A stretch of DNA of 64,000 nucleotides, from contig NC_086109.1 of assembly GCF_963921235.1 (NCBI RefSeq), positions 2,480,001 to 2,544,000 of the forward strand. The letters are read 5' to 3'. This stretch comes from Mobula hypostoma (taxonomy: Eukaryota). A model generated the notes under the pieces. That model saw only the letters and a list, made by a program, of their open reading frames with translations, did not search any database and was not told where the DNA came from. Of this stretch, positions 1 through 12,539 are shown piece after piece; the stretch's first letter is position 1, and the number at the start of each line of letters is the position of its first letter. Position numbers and translations under genes: made by a program.

Positions 1-365
1 TGCATATCCCTTGAGCAAGGGGTTCAGATGGGGTGGAGTTTGTTAGGTATGTTCTGGAAGGTTTCTTGACACAATATGTAGATAAGCCCACAAGAAGAGA
101 GGCTGTACTTGATCTCATATTGGGAAATGAACCAGGTCAGGTGTCAGATCTCTCAGTGGGAGAGCATTTTGGAGATAGTGATCACAATTCTATCTAATTT
201 ATGATAGCATTGGAGAAGGATAGGAACAGACGAGTTAGGAAAGCGTTGAATTGCAGTAAGGGAAAATATGAGGCTATCAGGCAGGAACTTGGAAGCGTAA
301 ATAGGGAACAGATGTTCTCAGGGAAATGTACGGTAGAAATGTGGCAAATGTTCAGGAGATATTTG

Positions 366-3300
366 AACATAGAACATAGAATAGTACAGTGCATTACAGG
401 CCCTTCGGCCCACAATGTAGCGCCAACCCTCAAACCCTGCCTCCCATATAACCCCCCCCACCTTAAATTCCTCCATATTCCTGACTGGTAGTTGCTTAAA
501 TTTCACTAGTGTATCTGCCTCCTCCACTGACTAAGGCAGTGTATTCCACGCACCAACCACTCTCTGAGTAAAAACCCTTACTCTAAAATCCCCCTTGAAC
601 TGCTCACTTCTTACATTAAAGCCATGTCCCCTTGTGTTGAGCAGTGGTGCCCTGGGGAAGAGACGCTGGCTATCCACTCTATCTATTCCTCTTATTATCT
701 TGTACACCTCTATCACATCTCCTCTCATCCTCCTTCTCTCAAAAGAGTAATCCCCGAGCTCCCTTAATCTCTGATCATAATCCATACTCTCTAAACCAGG
801 CAGCATCCTGGTAAATCTCCTCTGTACCCTTTCCAATGCTTCCACATCCTTCCTATAGTGAGGCGACCAGAACTGGACACAGTACTCCAAGTGTGGCCTA
901 ACCAGAGTTTTAAAGAGCTGCATCATTACATCGCGATTCTTAAACTCTATCCCTCAATTTATGGAAGCTAACACCCCATAAGCTTTCTTAACTACCCTAT
1001 CCACCTGTGGGGCAACTTTCAGGGATCTGTGGACATGTACCCCCAGATCCCTCTGCTCCTCCACACTACCAAGCATCTTGCCATTTACTTTGTACTCTGC
1101 CTTGGAGTTTGTCCTTCCAAAGTGTACCACCTCACACTTCTCTGGGTTGAACTCCATCTGCCACTTCTCAGCCCACTTCTGCATCCTATCAATGTCTCTC
1201 TGCAATTTTCGACTATCCTCTACAGTATCTACAACACCATCAACCTTTGTTTCGTCTGCAAACTTGCCAACCCACCCTTCTACCCCCACATCCAGGTCAT
1301 TAATAAAAATCACGAAAAGTAGAGGTCCCAGAACAGATCCTTGTGGGACACCACTAGTCACAATCCTCCAGTCTGAATGTACTCCCTCCACCACGACCCT
1401 CTTCCTTCTGCAGGCAAGCCAATTCTGAATCCACTTGGCCAAACTTGCCTGGATCCCATGCCTTCTGACTTTCTGAATAAGCCTACCGTATGGAACCTTG
1501 TCAAATGCCTTACTGAAATCCACAAAAATCACATCCACTGCACTACACTCATCTATATGTCTGGTCACCTCCTCAAAGAACTCTATCAGGCTTGTTAGAC
1601 ATGGTCTGCCCTTCACAAAGCCATGCTGACTGTCCCTGATCAGACTATGATTCTCTAAATGCCCACAGATCCTATCTCTAAGAGTCTTTTCCAACAGCTT
1701 TCCCACCACAGATGTAAGGCTCACTGGTCTATAATTATCCGGACTATCCCTACTACCTTTTTTGAACAAGGGGACAACATTCACCTCTCTCCAATCCCTG
1801 AGTACCATTCCCCTGGACAACGAGGACATAAAGATCCTAGCCAGAGGCTCAGCAATCTCTTCCCTCACCTCGTGGAGCAGCCTGGGGAATATTCCATCAG
1901 GTCCCAGGGACTTAGCTGTCCTAATATATTTTAACAACTCCAACACCTCCTCTCCCTTAATATCAACATGCTCCAGAACATCAACCTCATTCATATTGTC
2001 CTCACCACCATCAAGTTCCCTCTCATTGGTGAATACCAAAGAGAAGTATTCATTGAGGACCTCGCTCACTTCCACAGCCTCCAGGCACATCTTCCCACCT
2101 TTATCTCTAATTGGTCCTAACTTCACTCCTGTCATCCTTTTGTTCTTCACATAATTGAAGAATGCCTTGGAGTTTTCCTTTACCCTACTCACCAAGACCT
2201 TCTCATGCCCCCTTCTTGCTCTTCTCAGCCCCTTCTTAAGCTCCTTTCTTGCTTCCCTATATTCCTCAGTGGACCCATCTGATCCTTGTTTCCTAAACCT
2301 CATGTACGCTGCCTTCTTCCACCTCACTTGTCACCCATGGGTCCTTCACCCTACCATTCTTAATCTTCTTCACCAGGACAAATTTATCCCTAACATCCTG
2401 CAAGAGATCTCTAAACATCGACCACATGTCCATAGCACATCTCCCTGCAAAAACATCATCCCAATTCACACCCGCAAGTTCTAGCCTTATAGCCTCATAA
2501 TTTGCCCTTCCCCAATTAAATATTTTCCTGACCTCTCTGATTCTATCCTTTTCCATGATAATTATAAAGGCCAGGGAGTGGTGGTCACTGTCCCCCAGAT
2601 GCTCACCCACTGAGAGATCTGTGACCTGACCTGGTTCATTACCTAGTACTAGATCTAGTATGGCATTCTCCCTAGTCGGCTTGTCCACATACTGTGACAG
2701 GAATCCATCCTGGACACACTTAACAAACTCTTCCCCATCTGAACCCTTGGAACTAATCAGGTGCCAATCAATATTAGGGAAGTTAAAGTCACCCATGATA
2801 ACAACCCTTTTATTTTTGCACCTTTCCAAAATCTGCCTCTCAATCTGCTCCTCTGTATCTCTGCTGCTACCAGGGGGGCCTATAGAATACCCCCAGTAGA
2901 GTAACTGCTCCCTTCCTGTTCCTGACTTCCACCCATACTGACTCAAAAGAGGATCCTGCTACATTACACACCCTTTCTGGAGCTATAATAGTATTCCTGA
3001 CCGGTAATGCCACCCCTCCTCCCCTTTCCCCCCTTCTCTATTCCTTTTAAAGCACTGAAATTCAGGAATATTGAGAATCCATTCCTGCCCTGGTGCCAGC
3101 CAAGTCTCTGTAATGGCCACTACATCATAATTCCATGTATGTATCCAAGCTCTCAGTTCATCACCTTTGTTCCTGATGCTTCTTGCATTGAGATACACAC
3201 ATTTCAGCCCTTCTACCTTACTGTCTTTACACTGTTTATTCTGCTTCTCTTTCCTCAAAGCCTCTCTGTATGTTAGATCTGACTTTACACCATGCACTTC

Positions 3301-3520
3301 TTTCACTGCTCTATCGCTCTGGGTCCCATCCCCCTCGCAAATTAGTTTAAACCTTCCCGAACCATGCTAGCAAACCTACCTGCAAGGATATTGCTCCCCC
3401 TCGAGTTCAGGTGCAACCCATCCAATCTGTACAGGTCCCACCTTACCCAGAAGAGATTCCAATGATCTAAAAATCTGAAACCTGCTCCCTGCACCAACCC
3501 CTCAGCTACACATTCAACTG
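366..3520 (-). mobile_element. CR1 LINE, 5'-truncated in ORF1 (SGNH esterase end), with near-complete frameshifted ORF2
   Basis: ORF1 esterase GFRFLDHWNLFW...DGLHLN (3342-3520). Endonuclease YLNARSIRNK/ITETWL (2983-3306) and GDFNFP/SDH (2293-2946). RT VPQGSVLGP...FADETK (954-2327) and C-terminus (531-926). TTCTATGTTCTATGTT tail at about 366-380. Confidence 0.95.
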
Positions 3521-3819
3521 CGTGGAGTTCTGCATAGGTACATTCCAATGAGACAGGGAAAACATGGTAGGTACAGGAACCATGGTGTACAAAGGCTGTT
3601 GAAAATCCAGTCAAGAAGAAAAGGAACGCTTACGAAAGGTTCAAAAAACTAGGTAATGGCAGGGATCTAAAAGATTATAAGACTAGCAGGAAAGAGCTTA
3701 AGAATGAAATTCAGAGAGCCAGAAGGGGCCATGAGAAGGCTTTGGTGGTCAGGATTAAGGAAAATCCCAAGGCGTTCTACAGGTATGTGAAGAGCAAGAG
3801 GATAAGACGTGAGAGAACA

Positions 3820-5819
3820 GTATAAAAATAAAAGAGAAGTATAACATAGCAAAGACAAGTGGGAAGCCTGAGGATTGGGAAACTTTTAAAGAGCGACAGA
3901 AGGTAACTGAAAAGGCAATACATGGAGAAAAAATGAAGTACTAAGGTAAACTAGCCAAGAATATAAAGGAGGATAGTAAAGCTTCTTTAGGTATGTGAAA
4001 AAGAAAAAAAATAATTAAGACCAAAATTGGGCCCTTGAAGACAGAAGCCGGTGAATTTATTATGGGGAACAAGGAAATGGTAGACGAGTTGAACAGGTAC
4101 TTTGGATCTGTCTTCACTGGGGAAGACACAAACAATCTCCCTAATAGTGGCCAAAGGACCTAGGGTAATGGATAAATGCAAGGAAATTTATATTAGGCAG
4201 AAAATGGTGTTGGATAGGCTGTTGGGTCCGAAGGCTGATAAGTCCCCGGGACCTGATGGTCTGCATCCCAGGGTACTTAAGGAGGAGGCTTTAGAAATCG
4301 TGGACGCATTGGCAATCATTTTCCAATGTTCTATAGATTCAGGATCAGTTCCTATGGATTGGAGGGTGGCTAATGTTGTCCCTCTCTTCAAGAAGGGAGG
4401 AAGAAAGAAAACAGGGAATTATAGACCAGTTAGCCTGATATCGGTGGTGGGAAAGATGCTGGAGTCAATTATAAAAGATGAAATTACGACACATCTGGAT
4501 AGCAGTAACAGGATTGGTCCAAGTCCACATGGATTTACGAAGGGGAAATCGTGCTTGACTAATCTTCTGGAATTTTTTGAGGATGTAACTATGAAAATGG
4601 ACAAGGGAGAGCCAGTGGATGTAGCATACCTGGACTTTCAGAAAGCCTTTGATAAAGTCCCACATAGGAGATTAATGGGCAAAATTAGGGCACATGGTAT
4701 TGGGGGCAGAGTACTGACATGGATTGAAAATTGGCTGGCTGATAGAAAACAAACAGTAGCAGTTAACGGGTCCCTTTTGGAATGGCAGGCGGTGACCAGT
4801 GGGGCACCGTAGGGTTCAGTGCTGGACCACAGCTGGTTACAATATATATTAATGATTTAGATGAGGGAATTAAAAGTAACATTAGCAAATTTGCTGATGA
4901 CACAAAACTGGGTGGCAGTGTGAAATGTGAGGAGGATGTTATGAGAATACAGGGTGACTTGGACAGGCTGGGTGAGTGGGCAGATGCATGGCAGATGCAG
5001 TTTAATGTGGATAAATGTGAGGTTATCCACTTTGGTGGTAAGAACAGGAAGGCAGATTATTATCTAAATGGAGTCAAGTTAGGAAAAGGGGAAGCACAAC
5101 GAGATCTAGGTGTTCTTGTACATCAGTCACTGAAAGCAAGCATGCAAGTACAGCAGGCAGTGAAGAAAGCTAATGGCATGCTGGCCTTCATAACAAGGGG
5201 AATTGAGTATAGGAGCAAAGAGATCCTTCTGCAGCTGTACAGGGCCCTGGTGAGACCACACCTGGAGTACTGTGTGAAGTTTTGGTCTCCAAATTTGAGG
5301 AAGGACATTCTTGTTATTGAGGGAGTGCAGCATAGGTTCACAAGGTTAATTCCCGGGATGGCGGGACTGTCATATGTTGAAAGATTGGAGCAACTGGGCT
5401 TGTATACTCTGGAATTTAGAAGGTTGAGAGGGGATCTTATTGAAACATATAAGATTATTAAGGGATTGGACACACTGGAGGCAGGAAGCATGTTCCCGCT
5501 GATGGGTGAGTCCAGAACCAAAGGCCACAGTTTAAGAGTAAGGGGTCGGCCATTTAGAACGGAGTTGAGGAAAAACTTTTTCACCCAGAGAGTGGTGGAT
5601 ATATGGAATGCTCTGTCCCAGAAGACTGTGGAGGCCAAGTCTCTGGATGCTTTCAAGAAAGAGATGGATAGAGCTCTTAAAGGTAGTGGAATCAAAGGTT
5701 ATGGGGATAAGGCAGAAACTGGATACTGATTATGGATGATCAGCCATGATCACAGTGAATGGCGGTGCTGGCTCGAAGGGCCGAATGGCCTACTCCTGCA
5801 CCTATTGTCTATTCTCTAT
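3820..5819 (+). mobile_element. CR1 LINE of a second subfamily, 2.0 kb, 5'-truncated, RT region
   Basis: ORFs 4102-4812 and 4782-5729 carry RT motifs (PGPDG, NYRPVSL, DFQKAFDKV, FADDTK). Tail CCTATTGTCTATT. Candidate TSD AGAA(C/T)A at 3814-3819 and 5820-5825. Confidence 0.93.
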
Positions 5820-7103
5820 AGAATACGACCAATCAAGTGTGTCAGTGGAAAAGTGTGTCTGGAACCTGAGGAGATAGCAGAGGTACTTAATGAATACATT
5901 GCTTCACTATTCACTACAGAAAAGGATCCTGGTGATTGCAGGGATGACTTACAGAGGACTGAAAAGCTTGAGCATATAGATATTAAGAAAGAGGATGTGA
6001 TGGAGCTTTTGGAAAGCATCAAGTTGGATAAGTCTCTGGGACCGGACGAGATGTACACAAGGCAACTGTGGGAGGCGAGGGAGGAGATTGCTGAACCTCT
6101 GACAATGATGTTTGCATCATCCGTGGGGATGGGAGACGTTCCAAAGGATTGGAGGGTTGTGGATGTTGTTCCCTTATTCAAGGAAGTGAGTAGAGATAGC
6201 ACTGGAAACTATAGACCAGTGAGTACTACTTCAGTGGTTGGTAAGTTGATAGAAAAGATCCTGAGAGGCAGGATTTATGAACATTTGGAGAGGCATAATA
6301 TGATTAGGAATAGTCAGCATGGCTTTGTCAAAGGCAGGCCGTACCTTTCGAGCCTGGCTGAATTTTTGAGGATGCCACTAAACACATTGATGAAGGTAGA
6401 ACAGTAGATGTAGTGTATATGGATTTCAACAAGGCTTTTGATAAGGTTCCCCTTGCAAGAGTTATTGAGAAAGTAAGAAGGCGTGGGATCCAAGGGGACC
6501 TTGCTTTGTGGATCCAGAGATGGCTTGCCCACAGAAGACAAAGAGTAGTTGTAGACAGGTCATATTCAGTTTGAGTTCGGTGACCAGTGGTGTGCCTCTG
6601 GGATCTGTTCTGGGACCCTTACTCTTTATGATTTTTATAAATGACCCGGATGAGGAAGTGGTGGGCCTGTGTTAGTAAATTTGCTGATGACACAAAGGTT
6701 GGGGTGTTGTGGATAGTAGGGAGGGCTGTCAGAGGTTATGGTGGGACATCGATAGGATACAAAATGAGGCTGAGAAGTGGCAGATGGAGTTCAACCCAGA
6801 TAAGTGTGATGTGCTTCATTTTGGTTGGTCAAATATGATGGCAGAATATGGTATTAATGGTTAGCCTCTTGGCAGTGTGGAGGATCAGAGGGATCTTGGG
6901 GTCAGCGTCCATATTCGGACTCCAAGGGGGCATACGGGACATTGGCCTTCATCAACCGTGCGATTGAGCTTGGGAGCAGAGAGGTAATGCTGCAGCTATA
7001 TAGGACCCTGGTCAGACCCCACTTGGAGTACTGTGCTCAGTTCTGGTCGCCTCACTACTGGAAGGATGTGGAAACTATGGAATGGGTGTAGAGGAGATTT
7101 AGA

Positions 7104-8522
7104 TTAGATTAGATTGTGAGGACACTCAGTCCTTGTTCGGGGCAGATTTTACAATTAGTTAATACTTCCTCTATTTGTGCTAAACATTCCCTAATTCAAT
7201 TTAAAGTGGTTCATAGAGCACATATGTCCAAAGATAAGTTAGCGCGTTTTTACTCGCATATTAATCCTTTCTGTGATAGATGTTCGGGACAGATAGCCTC
7301 TTTAACTCATATGTTTTGGTCTTGCCCTACTTTGGAAACTTTTTGGAGAGATATTTTCAATATTATTTCTAAGGTATTAAATATAGATATCTCTCCTCAC
7401 CCTATTACTGCTATCTTTGGACTACCTAAAATTTCTAGTAATCTTTCCCCTTCAGCCCGTAGAATGATTGCATTTCTTACTTTAATGGCGAAAAGATGTA
7501 TTTTACAACATTGGAAAGAGCTTAATGCCCCAACTACCTTTTTTTGGTTTTCTCAGACGATTTTATGTTTGAATTTGGAGAAAATTAGAAGTAACCTTTA
7601 TGATTCTTCATTTAAATTTGAACAGATTTGGGGACCTTTTATTCGATATTTTCATTTAATGTAATATTTACCCTTCTTGTTTTTTTTTCACTGTTTTAAT
7701 GGAGGTCGGGATTGAGGACGTGATTTTAAGTTTAACTCTGTTTGGTTTCAAGTTAGCCCATTGCTTTGCCTTGCTTTTAGTTAGTTGCACGGTGGGTTTT
7801 TTTTGGGGGTTTTTTTTTTCTTTTTTTCCATTGATATATATAAAATTTAGTAAACTATTATGTTATCTTGGTTTCTTATGCTTAAATTACATTGTAGTAT
7901 TTTCTTTTTGGTATTGTTATCTTTTGGAATTTTATTATACTTTAACATTGTATTAATGTTTATATGGCTTACCTTTTTTGTATACTTACTCAATAAAAAG
8001 ATTTAAAAAGAAAAAAAAAGTCCTTGTTTATTGTCATTCAGAAATGCATGCATTAAAAAATGATACAATGTTCCTCCAGAAAGATATCACAGAAACACAG
8101 GACAAACCAAGACTAAAATTGACAAAACCACATAATTATAAGTTATAGTTACAACAGTGCAAAGCAATACCATAATATGATAAAGAGCAGACCATGGGCA
8201 CGGTAAAAAAAAGTCTCAAGTCCCGATAGACCCATCATCTCATGCAGACAGTAGAAGGGAGAAACTCTCCCTGCCATGAACCTCCAAGCGCCGCAAACTT
8301 GCCGATGTATTGGAAGCACCCAACCGCAGCCGACTCTGAGTCCATCTGAAACCTTCGAGCCTCCGACCAGCCCTCCGACACTGAGCACCGAGCACCATCT
8401 CTGCCGAGCGCTTCAACCCCACCCCAGTCGCCGAGCTTCAAGCAAAGCCGAGGAGTCGAGGCCTTCCCCTCCGGAGATTCTGGCCCACACTGTAGCAGCA
8501 GCAGCAAAACAGGCATTTCAGA
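7104..8522 (-). mobile_element. Unclassified non-coding retroposon (about 540 bp after removing the nested L1) with an (AATCT)n 3' tail
   Basis: 9-bp TSD AGATTTAGA at 7095-7103 and 8523-8531. The AGATT repeats at 7101-7115 read as an AATCT tail on the minus strand. The sequence resumes at 8019 after the L1. No coding signature. Confidence 0.65.
7138..8018 (+). mobile_element. L1-clade LINE 3' fragment (ORF2 C-terminal CCHC zinc knuckle, T-rich 3' UTR, poly(A))
   Basis: ORF 7116-7664 contains CDRC...SLTHMFWSC, an L1 ORF2 C-terminal zinc finger. AATAAA at 7992, then an A-rich tail. 10-bp TSD AGTCCTTGTT at 7128-7137 and 8019-8028. Confidence 0.92.
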
Positions 8523-9544
8523 AGATTTAGAAGTATTTTGCCTGGATTGGGGAGCATGCCTTATGAGAATAGGTTGAGTGAACTTGGCCTTTTCTCCTTG
8601 GAGTGACAGAGGATGAGAGATGACCTGATAAAGGTGTATAAGATGAGGAGAGGCATTGATCATGTGGATAGTCAGTGGCTTTTTCCCAGGGCTAAAATGG
8701 CTAACGTGAAAGGGCACAATTTTAGGGTGCTTGGAAGTAGGTACAGAGGAGATGTCAGGAGTAAGATTTTTATGCAGAGAGTGGTGAGTGCGTGGAATAA
8801 GCTGCTGGTGATGGTGGTAGAGGTGGATACAATAAGGTCTTTTAAAAGACTCCTAGATAGGTACATAGAGCTTAGAAAAATAGAGGGCTGTGGGTAATCC
8901 TACAAAATTTGTAACGTAAGTACATGTTCGGCACAGCATTGTGGGCTGAAGGGCCTGTTTTGTGCTGTAGATTTTCTAATCTATGTTTGTTTGTTTCTAT
9001 CTTTGCTACTGACTCAATCTTCAAGTTAACCTTTTGGAAATACTGCACCAGAACTCCAAAGCCCCCTTGAACCTTTAATTTCAGAATTCACTCCCTGTTT
9101 AGAAAATAGTCTATGCTTTTATTCCTTCTGCCAAAGTGTATGATCATCGAGTTTCATACATTGTATTCTACCAATTTGAATTTATCGAGGTTGTCGAACA
9201 ATTCAGCATATAAAGATCAGGAGATGCTTTGGAATTGCTTAATGTCATTGAACCACATAAACAAAGAAACACCCTCAAACTAAGCCAGAACTTTAATCAC
9301 ATAAATGTCTTCAAATCTTTCAGCAATGCCTGGAAATGAACTATTGCAGCAGAGTGCAAAAACAAATCTCAGGATGGCAGAACACTCCAAAGCAGTTTTG
9401 CAAACCAGGCATGTTAATCTAGTCCATGTTACACAATCCAAAATAAAATAATGCCAAGTCTCAGATTCAGGAATACTTAAATGGTTTTCTATCATCAGGA
9501 AATCGAAGCATCTACCATCCTCGAAACGCTCTTAATATTTCAAA

Positions 9545-9690
9545 CGCAAGCAACAGGAATTCTACAGATGCTGGAAATTCAAGCAACACACATCAAAGTT
9601 GCTGGTGTCTCGGCCTGAAACGTCGACTGTAACTCTTCCTAGAGATGCTGCCTGGCCTGCTGCGTTCACCAGCAACTTTGATGTGTGTTA
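9545..9690. repeat. Penelope-derived fold-back fragment
   Basis: Inverted arms AACACACATCAAAGTTGCTGGTG ... CACCAGCAACTTTGATGTGTGTT. The interior matches the tail of the 15162-16118 element, starting inside the hammerhead stem II. Confidence 0.8.
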
Positions 9691-9947
9691 CTTAATATTT
9701 CAAAGCTCTCTTTCGTCTCGAATTATCCCATAAGCTTACACCAATGAACTAGTTCAAAATACCAGACCAACTGAAATGAAAGAAACGTAGCTCAAATACT
9801 ACTCAGCCACGGAGGGCTCGTCCACTTATAATACCGGTGGAAGTCAGACACAGGAAAGGAACAATCCCTCATTGGTCGTGTTCTATCACCTCCCCATGGG
9901 AACGAAGACATTGTGAAGCACACCATGAGGGAGATTTTGGAATGGAA

Positions 9948-10678
9948 TGTAACCCTGACCGGGCTCGTATGGAGACGGCTCAGTAGCCGGCTCTGCGAGC
10001 AGCCTCGAGACTCCGTGCTGAGAAGCCCACCTCTCATGATCAAAATACCTCTCGGGTCGGTATGTTCTGGGGTTCAACCAAACAGGAATGCCGTGATGTT
10101 CCGAGTAATGAAACCTCGATTTGGGTGAATGCTGTGTAAATACTGCCCATACACCATTGTCGATCGGCAGGAATTAACAGTCTACATCGCATACAGTAAC
10201 AAAGAAAGTATATTTACAAACATTCAGCTTTATTGTACAGTTAGGAGGAAAAATAAAAGGAAAAAAGGACCGATTACAGTTAACTCAATCTAAATGTGAA
10301 GCTCATCTTGAAGTTATCCTTTTTTATTCACGCGCTGGACCCACCGTCTGCGTGAACGCAAACACCGCCTTCCGAACATTGCTCAAAACCCATCTCGAAT
10401 AAACGGGCGCTCCCTTGCGAGGTGTGGCCTCCATTCTTGCAGCCATTCATCTGACTTCGTGCAAGGGGGTTGCTCCTTCTCACGGCACCCACAGCCACCT
10501 CCCATCCTCCCCCCATCCCCCCCCACCCCCTCCCTCCGTCCTCTCCGCAGCTCCCACCAAAAAATCCTGCGAAAATCCTGTCCGTCACAAATCTCACCCC
10601 GTCCAGGTCTCTCCAGATCTTTCTCCCAGTTCCATCATCCTGACTGGCTGACACAGTATTCCTAAATTGAACGTCACA
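9948..10678 (-). mobile_element. Possible solo LTR or LTR-like fragment
   Basis: TGTAAC...GTCACA termini and a minus-strand AATAAA near 10229; non-coding. No TSD was found, so the boundaries are uncertain. Confidence 0.35.
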
Positions 10679-11026
10679 GCTCCTTATCTTCCAGCTGGTT
10701 ACGAAGCTGTATGTTGGTTTGACCTTCGTTAGTCGGGAGACTGAACTCAGGACCAACGAGGGGAATGCTGCAGCGTTATAAAATCATGGTTAGGCCACTC
10801 TTGGAGTATTGTGTTCAGATCTGGTCGTCTCATTATAAGACCGGCGTCGAAGGTTTATAAAGGGTGCAGTGGAGGTATACGTTAGTGGGAGGGGAGATAA
10901 TGAAAAGTTCTGAGGGGCAGGAAAAGCGTGCACTGATCAGAAATAACCAATAGACTTTGTCAGATTTAAGATTTTCCCTGCACAATCAAATAGATCATTT
11001 GCAGAAGGCAATAAAGTATTGATCGG

Positions 11027-12157
11027 CGCAACACTCACAACACGCTGGAGGAACTCAGCAGATCGGGCAGCATCCGTGGAAACGATCAGTCAACGTTTTG
11101 GGCGTTGAACCCTTCGTCAGGACTGTAGAGGGAAGGGGCAGAGGCCCTATAAAGAAGGTGGGGGAGGGTGGGAAGGAGAAGGCTGGTAGGTTCCAGGTGA
11201 AAAACCAGTAAGGGGAAAGATAAAGTGGTGGGGGAGGGGAGGCAGGGAGGTGATAGGCAGAAAAGGTGAAGAAGGAATAGGGGAAAACACAATGGGTAGT
11301 AGAAGGAGGCAGAACCATGAGGGAGGTGATAGGCAGCTGGGGAGGGGGCAGAGTGAAATAGGGATAGGGGAAGGGAGGGGGAGGGAATTACCGGAAGTTG
11401 GAGAATTCTATGTTCATACCAAGGGGCTGGAGACTACCTAGACGGTATATGAGGTGTTGCTCCTCCAACCTGAGTTTAGCCTCATCATGGCAGTAGAGGA
11501 GGCCATGTATGGACACATCCGAATGGGAGTGGGAAGCAGAGTTGAAGTGGGTGGCAACCAGGAGATCCTGTCTGTTGTGGCGAACGGAGCAGAGGCGCTT
11601 GACGAAGTGGTCCCCCAATCTGCGTCGGGTTTTTCCAATGTAGAGGAGGCCGCACCGGGAGCACCGGATGGAATAGATGACCCCAACAGACTCACGAGTG
11701 AAGTGTTGCCTCATCTGGAAGGACTGTTTGGGGCCCTGAATGGTGGCAAGAGAGGAGGTGTAGGGACAGGTGTAGCACTTACGCTTACAGGGATAAGTGC
11801 CGGGTGGGAGATCCATGGGGAGGGACCTGTGGACCAGGGAGTTGCTGAGGGACCAATCCCTGCGGAAAGCAGAGAGGGGTGGAGAGGGAAAGATGTGCTT
11901 AGTTATGGGGTCCTGTTGAAGGTGGTGGAAGTTGTGGAGGATAATGTGCTGGATATGGGGGCTGGTGGGGTGGTAGGTGAGGACAAGGGGAACTCTGTCC
12001 CTGTTGTAGTGGCGGGAGGCTGAGGTGAGGGCCGAAGTGCGGGAAATGGAGGAGATGCGGGTGAGGGCATCATTGATGACGGCAGAAGGAAACCACTATC
12101 CTTAAAGAAAGAGGACATTTTAGATGTCCTGGAACGGAAAACCTCATCCTGGGAGCA
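11027..12157 (-). mobile_element. Penelope-like element 3' part (degenerate GIY-YIG endonuclease plus 3' tail)
   Basis: ORF 11388-11816 (GVIYSIRCSRCGLLYIGKTRRRLGDHF...LEEQHLIYRLGSLQP) is homologous to 15128-15727 but has substitutions at conserved positions (GET to GKT, EH to KR) and small internal deletions. Confidence 0.9.
11088..11124 (-). ncRNA. Degenerate hammerhead ribozyme motif (G12 to A; GUU triplet)
   Basis: Minus strand reads CAGUC-CUGACGA-A-GGG uucaacg CCC-AAAA-C-GUU-GACUG. GAAA is changed to AAAA, so this copy is probably inactive. Confidence 0.6.
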
Positions 12158-12169
12158 CTACATTCTGCA

Positions 12170-12530
12170 CCAAAGCAGTGTGATCCATCTTGACCAGGAC
12201 AACTTGCATGTTGTATGAAATCATTGCTTTGAAATAAGAGGCAGTGATTGGATACCGGTAATCGATGATACTACATGGACACTTTATCGTTTGAAATGAT
12301 TTGGATGTGGATGTAGGGGATCACTTCAGTAAATTCAGAGATATCGTGAAGGATGTTGGATGTCTGTAAGGTGGTGATCCCTGATAATAGACGCTGTTTC
12401 CCTGTGACAACGCTCTGTGTAGATGGGTTCAAGGTGGGGAGGGCTTTACCCGTGATGGACTGGGTCGTATCCACTACATTTTGTCGTATTGCCCTTTCCA
12501 GCGCATTGGTGTTTCTGTACCGGTCTGTGA
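12170..12530 (-). mobile_element. Rex1/L2-type LINE C-terminal fragment
   Basis: Translation DTTQSITGKALPTLNPSTQSVV resembles the AQ.ITG..LP.I...Y..RC stretch at the end of these ORF2 proteins. Confidence 0.55.
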
Positions 12531-12539
12531 CAGGGAAAC

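Larger units (their letters stand above)
1..9000 (+). mobile_element. Host CR1-clade LINE (ORF2: APE endonuclease end, RT, 3' tail), split into four pieces (1-365, 3521-3818, 5820-7103, 8523-~9000) by later insertions
   Basis: Pieces rejoin across the insertions: ...MWQMFRRYL|RGVLHRYIPMRQGK (365/3521); ...GTGAGAGAA|TACGACCAATCAAG (3818/5826); ...GAGGAGATTT|...TTGCCTGGATTGGGG (7100/8532). RT motifs NYRPVS, QHGFVKG and SKFADDTK occur in ORFs 5736-6407 and 6641-6838, with the C-terminus in 8613-8897 and a TCTAT/GTTT-type tail near 8980-9000. Confidence 0.9.

Noticed and set aside
1029-2899. Plus-strand ORFs overlapping CR1 elements (and similar ones throughout the window)
   Set aside because: They are antisense shadows of LINE ORF2 with no independent protein signature.
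3342-3614. 90-aa ORF as one protein
   Set aside because: It is chimeric: the N-terminal part is antisense host CR1 (3521-3614) and the rest is the ORF1 esterase of the inserted CR1.
9200-9540. Possible exon or ancient coding remnant
   Set aside because: All frames I translated contain stops or lack recognisable motifs.
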